Shown piece after piece: positions 47,401-62,900 of a DNA stretch of 64,000 bases (its first letter is position 1; each line of letters opens with the position of its first letter). A program made the position numbers and the translations under genes. The DNA is from Lingula anatina (taxonomy: Eukaryota; Animalia; Brachiopoda): positions 11,802,567-11,866,566 of the forward strand of contig CM120644.1 in the NCBI GenBank assembly GCA_051362555.1, written 5' to 3'. The notes beneath the pieces are model-generated. The model made no database searches, was not told where the DNA came from, and was given only the letters and a program-made list of their open reading frames with translations.

Positions 47401-50400
47401 TTTTTATGAATGACAGGTGTGGTAAATTGATTTTCATCACTTTTTGGAAAAATTGGTGATGGGTCATTTCTGGGTGATTTTGGGTGATTTTCGTAAGGTC
47501 TGGATATGGCAGTTTTCTTCAATTTTGGCCAGGTAGGGATGAAAAATTTTTTTCTTCAATATTGTGTCAGGTAAGTGTGTTTGGTCATTTGTAGTGAGGG
47601 TCAAGTACTGGAAGAGTAGTTGTGTCATTATTAAGGAAGAAATAGAGCAAAAACTCTCTCCACCCCCCGTCTCTCCAAATCCTGTTCTCAGGTGTGCTTT
47701 TTGACCAATTTTAAAGCTGAAATTGGGGGCTTTAATGAAGTGATCTGGGCGCGTTTCCACATTTTTTATGAATGACAGGTGTGGTAAATTGATTTTTCTC
47801 ACTTTTTGGAAAAATTGGTGATGGGTCATTTTTGAGTGATTTTGAGTGATTTTCGTAAGGGTCGGATATGGCAGTTTTCTTCAATTTTGGCCAGGTAGGG
47901 ATGAAAAATTTTTTTCTTCAATATTGTGTCAGGTAGGTGTGTTTGGTCATTTGTAGTGAGGGTAAAGTACTGGAAGAGTGGTTGTGTCATTATTAAGTAA
48001 GAAATAGAGCAAAAACTCTCTCCACCCCCCCCACCCCCTCCAAATCCTGTTCTCAGGTGTGCTTTCTGGCAATCTTTAAAGCTGAAATTGGGGGCTTTAA
48101 TGAAGTGATCCGGGCGCGTTTCCACATTTTTTATGAATGACAGGTGGGGTAAATGGATTTTCCTCACTTTTTGGAAAAATTTGGTGACGGGTCATTTTTG
48201 GGTGATTTTGAGTGATTTTCGTAAGGTCTGGATATGGCAGTTTTCTTCAATTTTGGCCAGGTAGGGATGAAAAATTTTTTTCTTCAATATTGTGTCAGGT
48301 AAGTGTGTTTGGTCATTTGTAGTGAGGGTAAAGTACTGGAAGAGTGGTTGTGTCATTATTAAGGAAGAAATAGAGCAAAAACTCTCTCCACCCCCCCCTC
48401 TCTCCAAATCCTGTTCTCAGGTGTGCTTTTTGACCAATTTTAAAGCTGAAATTAGGGGCTTTAATGAAGTGATCTGGGCGCGTTTCCACATTTTTTATGA
48501 ATGACAGGTGTGGTAAATTGATTTTTCTCACTTTTTGAAAAAATTGGTGATGGGTCATTTTTGAGTGATTTTGAGTGATTTTCGTAAGGGTCGGATATGG
48601 CAGTTTTCTTCAATTTTGGCCAGGTAGGGATGAAAAATTTTTTTCTTCAATATTGTGTCAGGTAGGTGTGTTTGGTCATTTGTAATAAGGGTAAAGTACT
48701 GGAAGAGTGGTTGTGTCATTATTAAGGAAGAAATAGAGCAAAAACTCTCTCCACCCCCCCTCTCTCCAAATCCTGTTCTCAGGTGTCCTTTTTGACCAAT
48801 TTTAAAGCTGAAATTGGGGGCTTTAATGAAGTGATCCGGGCTCGTTTCCACATTTTTATAAATGACAGGTGTGGTAAATTGATTTTCATCACTTTTTGGA
48901 AAAATTGGTGAAGGGTCATTTTTGGGTGATTTTGAGTGATTTTCGTAAGGTCCGGATATGGCAGTTTTCTTCAATTTTGGCCAGGTAGGGATGAAAAATT
49001 TTTTTCTTCAATATTGTGTCAGGTAGGTGTGTTTGGTCATTTGTAATAAGGGTAAAGTACTGGAAGAGTGGTTGTGTCATTATTGAGGAAGAAATAGAGC
49101 AAAAACTCTCTCCACCCCCCCTCTCTCCAAATCCTGTTCTCAGGTGTGCTTTCTGGCAATCTTTAAAGCTAAAATTAGGGGCTTTAATGAAGTGATCCGG
49201 GCGCGTTTCCACATTTTTTATGAATGACAGGTGTGGTAAATTGATTTTCCTCACTTTTTGGAAAAAATTGGTGATTGGTCATTTTTGAGTGATTTTGAGT
49301 GATTTTCGTAAGGTCCGGATATGGCAGTTTTCTTCAATTTTGGCCAGGTAGGGATGAAAAATTTTTTTCTTTAATATTGTGTCAGGTAGGTGTGTTTGGT
49401 CATTTGTAGTGAGGGTCAAGTACTGGAAGAGTGGTTGTGTCATTATTAAGGAAGAAATAGAGCAAAAACTCTCTCCACCCCCCCTCTCTCCAAATCCTGT
49501 TCTCAGGTGTGCTTTTTGACCAATTTTAAAGCTGAAATTGGGGGCTTTAATGAAGTGATCCGGGCGCGTTTCCACATTTTTATGAATGACAGGTGTGGTA
49601 AATTGATTTTCATCACTTTTTGGAAAAATTGGTGAAGGGTCATTTTTGGGTGATTTTGAGTGATTTTCGTAAGGTCCGGATATGGCAGTTTTCTTCAATT
49701 TTGGCCAGGTAGGGATGAAAAATTTTTTTCTTCAATATTGTTTCAGGTAGGTGTGTTTGGTCATTTGTACTGAGGGTAAAGTACTGGGAGAGTGGTTGTG
49801 TCATTATTAAGGAAGAAATAGAGCAAAAACTCTCTCCACCCCCCCCCCTCTCTCCAAATCCTGTTCTCAGGTGTGCTTTTTGACCAATTTTAAAGCTGAA
49901 TTTAGGGGCTTTAATGAAGTGATCTGGGCGCGTTTCCACATTTTTTATGAATGACAGGTGTGGTAAATTGATTTTTCTCACTTTTTGGAAAAATTGGTGA
50001 TGGGTCATTTTTGAGTGATTTTGAGTGATTTTCGTAAGGGTCGGATATGGCAGTTTTCTTCAATTTTGGCCAGGTAGGGATGAAAAATTTTTTTCTTCAA
50101 TATTGTGTCAGGTAGGTGTGTTTGGTCATTTGTAGTGAGGGTAAAGTACTGGAAGAGTGGTTGTGTCATTATTAAGTAAGAAATAGAGCAAAAACTCTCT
50201 CCAACCCCCCCCCCCACCCCCTCCAAATCCTGTTCTCAGGTGTGCTTTCTGGCAATCTTTAAAGCTGAAATTGGGGGCTTTAATGAAGTGATCCGGGCGC
50301 GTTTCCACATTTTTTATGAATGACAGGTGGGGTAAATGGATTTTCCTCACTTTTTGGAAAAATTTGGTGACGGGTCATTTTTGGGTGATTTTGAGTGATT

Positions 50401-53400
50401 TTCGTAAGGTCCGGATATGGCAGTTTTCTTCAATTTTGGCCAGGTAGGGATGAAAAATTTTTTTCTTCAATATTGTGTCAGGTAAGTGTGTTTGGTCATT
50501 TGTAGTGAGGGTAAAGTACTGGAAGAGTGGTTGTGTCATTATTAAGGAAGAAATAGAGCAAAAACTCTCTCCACCCCCCCCTCTCTCCAAATCCTGTTCT
50601 CAGGTGTGCTTTTTGACCAATTTTAAAGCTGAAATTAGGGGCTTTAATGAAGTGATCTGGGCGCGTTTCCACATTTTTCATGAATGACAGGTGTGGTAAA
50701 TTGATTTTTCTCACTTTTTGAAAAAATTGGTGATGGGTCATTTTTGAGTGATTTTGAGTGATTTTCGTAAGGGTCGGATAAGGCAGTTTTCTTCAATTTT
50801 GGCCAGGTAGGGATGAAAAATTTTTTTCTTTAATATTGTGTCAGGTAGGTGTGTTTGGTCATTTGTACTGAGGGTAAAGTACTGGGAGAGTGGTTGTGTC
50901 ATTATTAAGGAAGAAATAGAGCAAAAACTCTCTCCACCCCCCCCCCTCTCTCCAAATCCTGTTCTCAGGTGTGCTTTTTGACCAATTTTAAAGCTGAAAT
51001 TAGGGGCTTTAATGAAGTGATCTGGGCGCGTTTCCACATTTTTATAAATGACAGGTGTGGTAAATTGATTTTCATCACTTTTTGGAAAAATTGGTGAAGG
51101 GTCATTTTTGGGTGATTTTGAGTGATTTTCGTAAGGTCCGGATATGGCAGTTTTCTTCAATTTTGGCCAGGTAGGGATGAAAAATTTTTTTCTTCAATAT
51201 TGTGTCAGGTAGGTGTGTTTGGTCATTTGTAATAAGGGTAAAGTACTGGAAGAGTGGTTGTGTCATTATTGAGGAAGAAATAGAGCAAAAACTCTCTCCA
51301 CCCCCCCTCTCTCCAAATCCTGTTCTCAGGTGTGCTTTCTGGCAATCTTTAAAGCTAAAATTAGGGGCTTTAATGAAGTGATCCGGGCGCGTTTCCACAT
51401 TTTTTATGAATGACAGGTGTGGTAAATTGATTTTCCTCACTTTTTGGAAAAAATTGGTGATTGGTCATTTTTGAGTGATTTTGAGTGATTTTCGTAAGGG
51501 TCGGATATGGCAGTTTTCTTCAATTTTGGCCAGGTAGGGATGAAAAATTTTTTTCTTCAATATTCCACATTTTTATAAATGACAGGTGTGGTAAATTGAT
51601 TTTCATCACTTTTTGGAAAAATTGGTGAAGGGTCATTTTTGGGTGATTTTGAGTGATTTTCGTAAGGTCCGGATATGGCAGTTTTCTTCAATTTTGGCCA
51701 GGTAGGGATGAAAAATTTTTTTCTTTAATATTGTGTCAGGTAGGTGTGTTTGGTCATTTGTAGTGAGGGTCAAGTACTGGAAGAGTGGTTGTGTCATTAT
51801 TAAGGAAGAAATAGAGCAAAAACTCTCTCCACCCCCCCTCTCTCCAAATCCTGTTCTCAGGTGTGCTTTTTGACCAATTTTAAAGCTGAAATTGGGGGCT
51901 TTAATGAAGTGATCCGGGCGCGTTTCCACATTTTTATGAATGACAGGTGTGGTAAATTGATTTTCATCACTTTTTGGAAAAATTGGTGATCGGTCATTTT
52001 TGGGTGATTTTGAGTGATTTTCGTAAGGTCCGGATATGGCAGTTTTCTTCAATTTTGGCCAGGTAGGGATGAAAAATTTTTTTCTTCAATATTGTTTCAG
52101 GTAGGTGTGTTTGGTCATTTGTAGTGAGGGTCAAGTACTGGAAGAGTGGTTGTGTCATTATTAAGGAAGAAATAGAGCAAAAACTCTCTCCACCCCCCCT
52201 CTCTCCAAATCCTGTTCTCAGGTGTGCTTTTTGACCAATTTTAAAGCTGAAATTGGGGGCTTTAATGAAGTGATCCGGGCGCGTTTCCACATTTTTATGA
52301 ATGACAGGTGTGGTAAATTGATTTTCATCACTTTTTGGAAAAATTGGTGATCGGTCATTTTTGGGTGATTTTGAGTGATTTTCGTAAGGTCCGGATATGG
52401 CAGTTTTCTTCAATTTTGGCCAGGTAGGGATGAAAAATTTTTTTCTTCAATATTGTTTCAGGTAGGTGTGTTTGGTCATTTGTACTGAGGGTAAAGTACT
52501 GGGAGAGTGGTTGTGTCATTATTAAGGAAGAAATAGAGCAAAAACTCTCTCCACCCCCCCCCTCTCTCCAAATCCTGTTCTCAGGTGTGCTTTTTGACCA
52601 ATTTTAAAGCTGAAATTAGGGGCTTTAATGAAGTGATCTGGGCGCGTTTCCACATTTTTTATGAATGACAGGTGTGGTAAATTGATTTTTCTCACTTTTT
52701 GAAAAAATTGGTGATGGGTCATTTTTGAGTGATTTTGAGTGATTTTCGTAAGGGTCGGATATGGCAGTTTTCTTCAATTTTGGCCAGGTAGGGATGAAAA
52801 ATTTTTTTCTTCAATATTGTGTCAGGTAGGTGTGTTTGGTCATTTGTAATAAGGGTAAAGTACTGGAAGAGTGGTTGTGTCATTATTAAGGAAGAAATAG
52901 AGCTAAATCTCGCTCCAACCCCCCCTCTCTCCAAATCCTGTTCTCAGGTGTGCTTTCTGGCAATCTTTAAACTCAAATTTGGGGCTTTAATGAAGTGATC
53001 CGGGGCAGTTTCCACATTTTTTATGAGTGACAGGTGTGGTAAATTTTGGAAAAATTGGTGATGGGTCATTTTTGGGTGATTTTGAGTGATTTTCGTAAGG
53101 TCCGGATATGGCAGTTTTCTTCAATTTTGGCCAGGTAGGGATGAAAAAATTTTTTCTTCAATATTGTGTCAGGTAAGTGTGTTTGGTCATTTGTAGTGAG
53201 GGTCAAGTACTGGAAGAGTGGTTGTGTCATTATTAAGGAAGAAATAGAGCAAAAACTCTCTCCACCCCCCCTCTCTCCAAATCCTGTTCTCAGGTGTGCT
53301 TTTTGACCAATTTTAAAGCTGAAATGGGGGCTTTAATGAAGTGATCCGGGCGCGTTTCCACATTTTTATGAATGACAGGTGTGGTAAATTGATTTTCATC

Positions 53401-56400
53401 ACTTTTTGGAAAAATTGGTGACAGGTCATTTTTGGGTGATTTTGAGTGATTTTCGTAAGGTCCGGATATGGCAGTTTTCTTCAATTTTGGCCAGGTAGGG
53501 ATGAAAAATTTTTTTCTTCAATATTGTGTCAGGTAAGTGTGTTTGGTCATTTGTAGTGAGGGTAAAGTACTGGAAGAGTGGTTGTGTCATTATTAAGGAA
53601 GAAATAGAGCAAAAACTCTCTCCACCCCTCCCCCCCCTCTCTCCAAATCCTGTTCTCAGGTGTGCTTTTTGACCAATTTTAAAGCTGAAATTGGGGGCTT
53701 TAATGAAGTGATCCGGGCGCGTTTCCACATTTTTATGAATGACAGGTGTGATAAATTGATTTTCATCACTTTTTGAAAAATTGGTGATGGGTCATTTTTG
53801 GGTGATTTTGAGTGATTTTCGTAAGGTCCGGATATGGCAGTTTTCTTCAATTTTGGCCAGGTAGGGATGAAAAAATTTTTTCTTCAATATTGTGTCAGGT
53901 AAGTGTGTTTGGTCATTTGTAGTGAGGGTCAAGTACTGGAAGAGTGGTTGTGTCATTATTAAGGAAGAAATAGAGCAAAAACTCTCTCCACCCTTCCTCT
54001 CTCCAAATCCTGTTCTCAGGTGTGCTTTTTGGCCAATTTTAAAGCTGAAATTGGGGGCTTTAATGAAGTGATCCGGGCGCGTTTCCACATTTTTTATGAA
54101 TGACAGGCGTGGTAAATTGATTTTCCTCACTTTTTGGAAAAATTGGTGACGGGTCATTTTTGAGTGATTTTGAGTGATTTTCGTAAGGTCCAGATATGGC
54201 AGTTTTCTTCAATTTTGGCCAGGTAGGGATGAAAAATTTTTTTCTTCAATATTGTGTCAGGTAGGTGTGTTTGGTCATTTGTAGTGAGGGTAAAGTACTG
54301 GAAGAGTGGTTATGTCATTATTAAGGAAGAAATAGAGAAAAAACTCTCTCCACCCCCCTCTCCCTCTCTCCAAATCCTGTTCTCAGGTGTGCTTTCTGGC
54401 AATCTTTAAAGCTGAAATTAGGGGCTTTAATGAAGTGATCCGGGCGCGTTTCCACATTTTTTATGAATGACAGGTGTGGTAAATTGATTTTCCTCACTTT
54501 TTGGAAAAATTGGTGATGGGTCATTTTTTAGTGATTTTGAGTGATTTTCGTAAGGTTCAGATATGGCAGTTTTCTTCAATTTTGGCCAGGTAGGGATGAA
54601 AAATTTTTTTCTTCAATATTGTGTCAGGTAGGTGTGTTTGGTCATTTGTAGTGAGGGTAAAGTACTGGAAGAGTGGTTATGTCATTATTAAGGAAGAAAT
54701 AGAGCAAAAACTCTCTGCACCCCCCCCCCCCCCCCCCCCTCTCCAAATCCTGTTCTCAGGTGTGCTTTCTGGCAATCTTTAAAGCTGAAATTGGGGGCTT
54801 TAATGGAGTGATCCGGGCGCGTTTCCACATTTTTTATGAATGACAGGTGTGGTAAATTGATTTTCCTCACTTTTTGGAAAAATTGGTAATGGGTCATTTT
54901 TGAGTGATTTTGAGTGATTTTCGTAAGGTCCGGATATGGCAGTTTTCTTCAATTTTGGCCAGGTAGGGATGAAAAATTTTTTTCTTCAATATTGTGTCAG
55001 GAAGGTGTGTTTGGTCATTTGTAATAAGGGTAAAGTACTGGAATAGTGGTTGTGTCATTATTAAGGAAGAAATAGAGCAAAAACTCTCTCCACCCCCCAT
55101 CTCTCCAAATCCTGTTCTCAGGTGTGCTTTCTGGCAATCTTTAAGGCTGAAATTGGGGGCTTTAATGAAGTGATCCGGGCGCGTTTCCACATTTTTATGA
55201 ATGACAGGTGTGGTAAATTGATTTTCATCACTTTTTGGAAAAATTGGTGATGGGTCATTTCTGGGTGATTTTGAGTGATTTTCGTAAGGTCTGGATATGG
55301 CAGTTTTCTTCAATTTTGGCCAGGTAGGGATGAAAAATTTTTTTCTTCAATATTGTGTCAGGTAAGTGTGTTTGGTCATTTGTAGTGAGGGTCAAGTACT
55401 GGAAGAGTAGTTGTGTCATTATTAAGGAAGAAATAGAGCAAAAACTCTCTCCACCCCCCCTCTCTCCAAATCCTGTTCTCAGGTGTGCTTTCTGGCAATC
55501 TTTAAAGCTTAAATTGGGGGCTTTAATGAAGTGATCCGGGCGCGTTTCCACATTTTTTATGAATGACAGGTGTGGTAAATGGATTTTCCTCACTTTTTGG
55601 AAAAATTGGTGATGGGTCATTTTTGAGTGATTTTGAGTGATTTTCGTAAGGTCCGGATATGGCAGTTTTCTTCAATTTTGGCCAGGTAGGGATGAAAAAT
55701 TTTTTTCTTCAATATTGTGTCAGGTAAGTGTGTTTGGTCATTTGTAGTGAGGGTAAAGTACTGGAAGAGTGGTTGTGTCATTATTAAGGAAGAAATAGAG
55801 CAAAAACTCTCTCCACCCCCCCTCTCTCCAAATCCTGTTCTCAGGTGTGCTTTTTGACGAATTTTAAAGCTGAAATTGGGGGCTTTAATGAAGTGATCCG
55901 GGTGCGTTTCCACATTTTTTATGAATGACAGGTGTGGTATATTGATTTTCCTCACTTTTTGGAAAAATTGGTGATGGGTCATTTTTGAGTGATTTTGAGT
56001 GATTTTCGTAAGGTCCAGATATGGTAGTTTTCTTCAATTTTGGCCAGGTAGGGATGAAAAATTTTTTTCTTCAATATTGTGTCAGGTAGGTGTGTTTGGT
56101 CATTTGTAATAAGGGTAAAGTACTGGAAGAGTGGTTGTGTCATTATTAAGGAAGAAATAGAGCAAAAACTCTCTCCACCCCCCCCTCTCTCCAAATCCTG
56201 TTCTCAGGTGTGCTTTTTGACCAATTTTAAAGCTGAAATTGGGGGCTTTAATGAAGTGATCCGGGCGCGTTTCCACATTTTTATGAATGACAGGTGTGAT
56301 AAATTGATTTTCCTCACTTTTTGAAAAAATTGGTGACGGGTCATTTTTTGGGTGATTTTGAGTGATTTTCGTAAGGTCCGGATATGGCAGTTTTCTTCAA

Positions 56401-56999
56401 TTTTGGCCAGGTAGGGATGAAAAAATTTTTTCTTCAATATTGTGTCAGGTAGGTGTGTTTGGTCAATTGTATTGAGGGTAAATTACTGGAAGAGTGGTTG
56501 TGTCATTATTAAGGAAGAAATAGAGCAAAAACTCTCTCTACCCAGTCTCTCTCCAAATCCTGTTCTCAGGTGTGCTCTCTGGCAATCTTTAAAGCTGAAA
56601 TTGGGGGCTTTAATGAAGTGATCCGGGCGTGTTTCCACATTTTTTCATGAATGACAGGTGTGGTAAATTGATTTTCATCACTTTTTGGAAAAATTGGTGA
56701 TCGGTCATTTTTGGGTGATTTTGAGTGATTTTCGTAAGGTCCGGATATGGCAGTTTTCTTCAATTTTGGCCAGGTAGGGATGAAAAATTTTTTTCTTCAA
56801 TATTGTGTCAGGTAAGTGTGTTTGGTCATTTGTTGTGAGGGTAAAGTACTGGAAGAGTGGTTGTGTCATTATTAAGGAAGAAATAGAGCAAAAACTCTCT
56901 CCACCCCCCCCCCCCCCTCTCTCCAAATCCGGTTCTCAGGTGTGCTTTTTGGATAATTTTAAAGCTGAAATTGGGGGCTTTAATGAATGATCCGGGCAC

Positions 57000-59900
57000 G
57001 TTTCCACATTTTTTATGAATGACAGGTGTGGTAAATTGATTTTCATCACTTTTTGGAAAAAATTGGTGACGGGTCATTTTTGGGTGATTTTGAGTGATTT
57101 TCGTAAGGTCCGGATATGGCAGTTTTCTTCAATTTTGGCCAGGTAGGGATGAAAAATTTTTTTCTTCAATATTGTGTCAGGTAAGTGTGTTTGGTCATTT
57201 GTTGTGAGGGTAAAGTACTGGAAGAGTGGTTGTGTCATTATTAAGGAAGAAATAGAGCTAAATCTCGCTCCAACCCCCCCTCTCTCCAAATCCTGTTCTC
57301 AGGTGTGCTTTCTGGCAATCTTTAAACTCAAATTTGGGGCTTTAATGAAGTGATCCGGGGCAGTTTCCACATTTTTTATGAGTGACAGGTGTGGTAAATG
57401 GATTTTCCTCACTTTTTGGAAAAATTAGTGACAGGTCATTTTTGGGTGATTTTGAGTGATTTTCGTAAGGTCCGGATATGGCAGTTTTCTTCAATTTTGG
57501 CCAGGTAGGGATGAAAAATTTTTTTCTTCAATATTGTGTCAGGTAAGTGTGTTTGGTCATTTGTAGTGAGGGTAGGTACTGAAAGAGTGATTGTGTCATT
57601 ATTAAGGAAGAAATAGAGCAAAAACTCTCTCCAACTCCCCCCCTCTCTCCAAATCCTGTTCTCAGGTGTGCTTTTTGACCAATTTTAAAGCTGAAATTGG
57701 GGGCTTTAATGAAGTGATCCGGGCGCGTTTCCACATTTTTATGAATGACAGGTGTGGTAAATTGATTTTCCTCACTTTTTGGAAAAATTGGTGATTGGTC
57801 AATTTTGAGTGATTTTGAGTGATTTTCGTAAGGGTCGGATATGGCATTTTTCTTCAATTTTGGCCAGGTAGGGATGAAAAATTTTTTTCTTCAATATTGT
57901 TTCAGGTAGGTGTGTTTGGTCATTTGTACTGAGGGTAAAGTACTGGGAGAGTGGTTGTGTCATTATTAAGGAAGAAATAGAGCTAAATCTCGCTCCAACC
58001 CCCCCTCTCTCCAAATCCTGTTCTCAGGTGTGCTTTCTGGCAATCTTTAAACTCAAATTTGGGGCTTTAATGAAGTGATCCGGGGCAGTTTCCACATTTT
58101 TTATGAGTGACAGGTGTGGTAAATGGATTTTCCTCACTTTTTGGAAAAATTAGTGACAGGTCATTTTTGAGTGATTTTGAGTGATTTTCGTAAGGTCCGG
58201 ATATGGCAGTTTTCTTCAATTTTGGCCAGGTAGGGATGAAAAATTTTTTTCTTCAATATTGTGTCAGGTAAGTGTGTTTGGTCATTTGTAATAAGGGTAA
58301 AGTACTGGAAGAGTGGTTGTGTCATTATTAAGGAAGAAATAGAGCAAAAACTCTCTCCACCCCCCCTCTCTCCAAATCCTGTTCTCAGGTGTGCTTTTTG
58401 ACCAATTTTAAAGCTGAAATTGGGGGCTTTAATGAAGTGATCCGGGCGCGTTTCCACATTTTTATGAATGACAGGTGTGGTAAATTGATTTTCATCACTT
58501 TTTGGAAAAATTGGTGACGGGTCATTTTTGGGTGATTTTGAGTGATTTTCGTAAGGTCCGGATATGGCAGTTTTCTTCAATTTTGGCCAGGTAGGGATGA
58601 AAAATTTTTTTCTTCAATATCGTGTCAGGTAAGTGTGTTTGGTCATTTGTAGTGAGGGTAAAGTACTGGAAGAGTGGTTGTGTCATTATTAAGGAAGAAA
58701 TAGAGCAAAAACTCTCTCCACCCCCCCTCTCTCCAAATCCTGTTCTCAGGTGTGCTTTTTGACGAATTTTAAAGCTGAAATTGGGGGCTTTAATGAAGTG
58801 ATCCGGGTGCGTTTCCACATTTTTTATGAATGACTGGTGTGGTATATTGATTTTCCTCACTTTTTGGAAAAATTGGTGATGGGTCATTTTTGAGTGATTT
58901 TGAGTGATTTTCGTAAGGTCCAGATATGGTAGTTTTCTTCAATTTTGGCCAGGTAGGGATGAAAAATTTTTTTCTTCAATATTGTGTCAGGTAGGTGTGT
59001 TTGGTCATTTGTAATAAGGGTAAAGTACTGGAAGAGTGGTTGTGTCATTATTAAGGAAGAAATAGAGCAAAAACTCTCTCCACCCCCCCCCCTCTCCAAA
59101 TCCTGTTCTCAGGTGTGCTTTTTGACCAATTTTAAAGCTGAAATTGGGGGCTTTAATGAAGTGATCCGGGCGCGTTTCCACATTTTTATGAATGACAGGT
59201 GTGATAAATTGATTTTCATTACTTTTTGGAAAAATTGGTGATGGGTCATTTTTGGGTGATTTTGAGTGATTTTCGTAAGGTCCGGATATGGCAGTTTTCT
59301 TCAATTTTGGCCAGGTAGGGATGAAAAAATTTTTTCTTCAATATTGTGTCAGGTAAGTGTGTTTGGTCATTTGTAGTGAGGGTAAAGTACTGGAAGAGTG
59401 GTTGTGTCATTATTAAGGAAGAAATAGAGCAAAAACTCTCTCCACCCCCCCCCCTCCAAATCCTGTTCTCAGGTGTGCTTTCTGGCAATCTTTAAAGCTG
59501 AAATTGGGGGCTTTAATGAAGTGATCCGGGCGCGTTTCCACATTTTTTATGAATGACAGGTGTAGTAAATTGATTTTCATCACTTTTTGGAAAAAATTGG
59601 TGACGGGTCATTTTTGGGTGATTTTGAGTGATTTTCGTAAGGTCCGGATATGGCAGTTTTCTTCAATTTTGGCCAGGTAGGGATGAAAAATTTTTTTCTT
59701 CAATATTGTGTCAGGTAAGTGTGTTTGGTCATTTGTTGTGAGGGTAAAGTACTGGAAGAGTGGTTGTGTCATTATTAAGGAAGAAATAGAGCTAAATCTC
59801 GCTCCAACCCCCCCTCTCTCCAAATCCTGTTCTCAGGTGTGCTTTCTGGCAATCTTTAAACTCAAATTTGGGGCTTTAATGAAGTGATCCGGGGCAGTTT

Positions 59901-62900
59901 CCACATTTTTTATGAGTGACAGGTGTGGTAAATGGATTTTCCTCACTTTTTGGAAAAATTAGTGACAGGTCATTTTTGGGTGATTTTGAGTGATTTTCGT
60001 AAGGTCCGGATATGGCAGTTTTCTTCAATTTTGGCCAGGTAGGGATGAAAAATTTTTTTCTTCAATATTGTGTCAGGTAAGTGTGTTTGGTCATTTGTAG
60101 TGAGGGTAGGTACTGAAAGAGTGATTGTGTCATTATTAAGGAAGAAATAGAGCAAAAACTCTCTCCAACTCCCCCCCTCTCTCCAAATCCTGTTCTCAGG
60201 TGTGCTTTTTGACCAATTTTAAAGCTGAAATTGGGGGCTTTAATGAAGTGATCCGGGCGCGTTTCCACATTTTTATGAATGACAGGTGTGGTAAATTGAT
60301 TTTCCTCACTTTTTGGAAAAATTGGTGATTGGTCAATTTTGAGTGATTTTGAGTGATTTTCGTAAGGGTCGGATATGGCATTTTTCTTCAATTTTGGCCA
60401 GGTAGGGATGAAAAATTTTTTTCTTCAATATTGTTTCAGGTAGGTGTGTTTGGTCATTTGTACTGAGGGTAAAGTACTGGGAGAGTGGTTGTGTCATTAT
60501 TAAGGAAGAAATAGAGCTAAATCTCGCTCCAACCCCCCCTCTCTCCAAATCCTGTTCTCAGGTGTGCTTTCTGGCAATCTTTAAACTCAAATTTGGGGCT
60601 TTAATGAAGTGATCCGGGGCAGTTTCCACATTTTTTATGAGTGACAGGTGTGGTAAATGGATTTTCCTCACTTTTTGGAAAAATTAGTGACAGGTCATTT
60701 TTGAGTGATTTTGAGTGATTTTCGTAAGGTCCGGATATGGCAGTTTTCTTCAATTTTGGCCAGGTAGGGATGAAAAATTTTTTTCTTCAATATTGTGTCA
60801 GGTAAGTGTGTTTGGTCATTTGTAATAAGGGTAAAGTACTGGAAGAGTGGTTGTGTCATTATTAAGGAAGAAATAGAGCAAAAACTCTCTCCACCCCCCC
60901 TCTCTCCAAATCCTGTTCTCAGGTGTGCTTTTTGACCAATTTTAAAGCTGAAATTGGGGGCTTTAATGAAGTGATCCGGGCGCGTTTCCACATTTTTATG
61001 AATGACAGGTGTGGTAAATTGATTTTCATCACTTTTTGGAAAAATTGGTGACGGGTCATTTTTGGGTGATTTTGAGTGATTTTCGTAAGGTCCGGATATG
61101 GCAGTTTTCTTCAATTTTGGCCAGGTAGGGATGAAAAATTTTTTTCTTCAATATCGTGTCAGGTAAGTGTGTTTGGTCATTTGTAGTGAGGGTAAAGTAC
61201 TGGAAGAGTGGTTGTGTCATTATTAAGGAAGAAATAGAGCAAAAACTCTCTCCACCCCCCCTCTCTCCAAATCCTGTTCTCAGGTGTGCTTTTTGACGAA
61301 TTTTAAAGCTGAAATTGGGGGCTTTAATGAAGTGATCCGGGTGCGTTTCCACATTTTTTATGAATGACTGGTGTGGTATATTGATTTTCCTCACTTTTTG
61401 GAAAAATTGGTGATGGGTCATTTTTGAGTGATTTTGAGTGATTTTCGTAAGGTCCAGATATGGTAGTTTTCTTCAATTTTGGCCAGGTAGGGATGAAAAA
61501 TTTTTTTCTTCAATATTGTGTCAGGTAGGTGTGTTTGGTCATTTGTAATAAGGGTAAAGTACTGGAAGAGTGGTTGTGTCATTATTAAGGAAGAAATAGA
61601 GCAAAAACTCTCTCCACCCCCCCCCTCTCCAAATCCTGTTCTCAGGTGTGCTTTTTGACCAATTTTAAAGCTGAAATTGGGGGCTTTAATGAAGTGATCC
61701 GGGCGCGTTTCCACATTTTTATGAATGACAGGTGTGATAAATTGATTTTCATTACTTTTTGGAAAAATTGGTGATGGGTCATTTTTGGGTGATTTTGAGT
61801 GATTTTCGTAAGGTCCGGATATGGCAGTTTTCTTCAATTTTGGCCAGGTAGGGATGAAAAAATTTTTTCTTCAATATTGTGTCAGGTAAGTGTGTTTGGT
61901 CATTTGTAGTGAGGGTAAAGTACTGGAAGAGTGGTTGTGTCATTATTAAGGAAGAAATAGAGCAAAAACTCTCTCCACCCCCCCCCCTCCAAATCCTGTT
62001 CTCAGGTGTGCTTTCTGGCAATCTTTAAAGCTGAAATTGGGGGCTTTAATGAAGTGATCCGGGCGCGTTTCCACATTTTTTATGAATGACAGGTGTAGTA
62101 AATTGATTTTCATCACTTTTTGGAAAAAATTGGTGACGGGTCATTTTTGGGTGATTTTGAGTGATTTTCGTAAGGTCCGGATATGGCAGTTTTCTTCAAT
62201 TTTGGCCAGGTAGGGATGAAAAATTTTTTTCTTCAATATTGTGTCAGGTAAGTGTGTTTGGTCATTTGTTGTGAGGGTAAAGTACTGGAAGAGTGGTTGT
62301 GTCATTATTAAGGAAGAAATAGAGCTAAATCTCGCTCCAACCCCCCCTCTCTCCAAATCCTGTTCTCAGGTGTGCTTTCTGGCAATCTTTAAACTCAAAT
62401 TTGGGGCTTTAATGAAGTGATCCGGGGCAGTTTCCACATTTTTTATGAGTGACAGGTGTGGTAAATGGATTTTCCTCACTTTTTGGAAAAATTAGTGACA
62501 GGTCATTTTTGGGTGATTTTGAGTGATTTTCGTAAGGTCCGGATATGGCAGTTTTCTTCAATTTTGGCCAGGTAGGGATGAAAAATTTTTTTCTTCAATA
62601 TTGTGTCAGGTAAGTGTGTTTGGTCATTTGTAGTGAGGGTAGGTACTGAAAGAGTGATTGTGTCATTATTAAGGAAGAAATAGAGCAAAAACTCTCTCCA
62701 ACTCCCCCCCTCTCTCCAAATCCTGTTCTCAGGTGTGCTTTTTGACCAATTTTAAAGCTGAAATTGGGGGCTTTAATGAAGTGATCCGGGCGCGTTTCCA
62801 CATTTTTATGAATGACAGGTGTGGTAAATTGATTTTCCTCACTTTTTGGAAAAATTGGTGATTGGTCAATTTTGAGTGATTTTGAGTGATTTTCGTAAGG

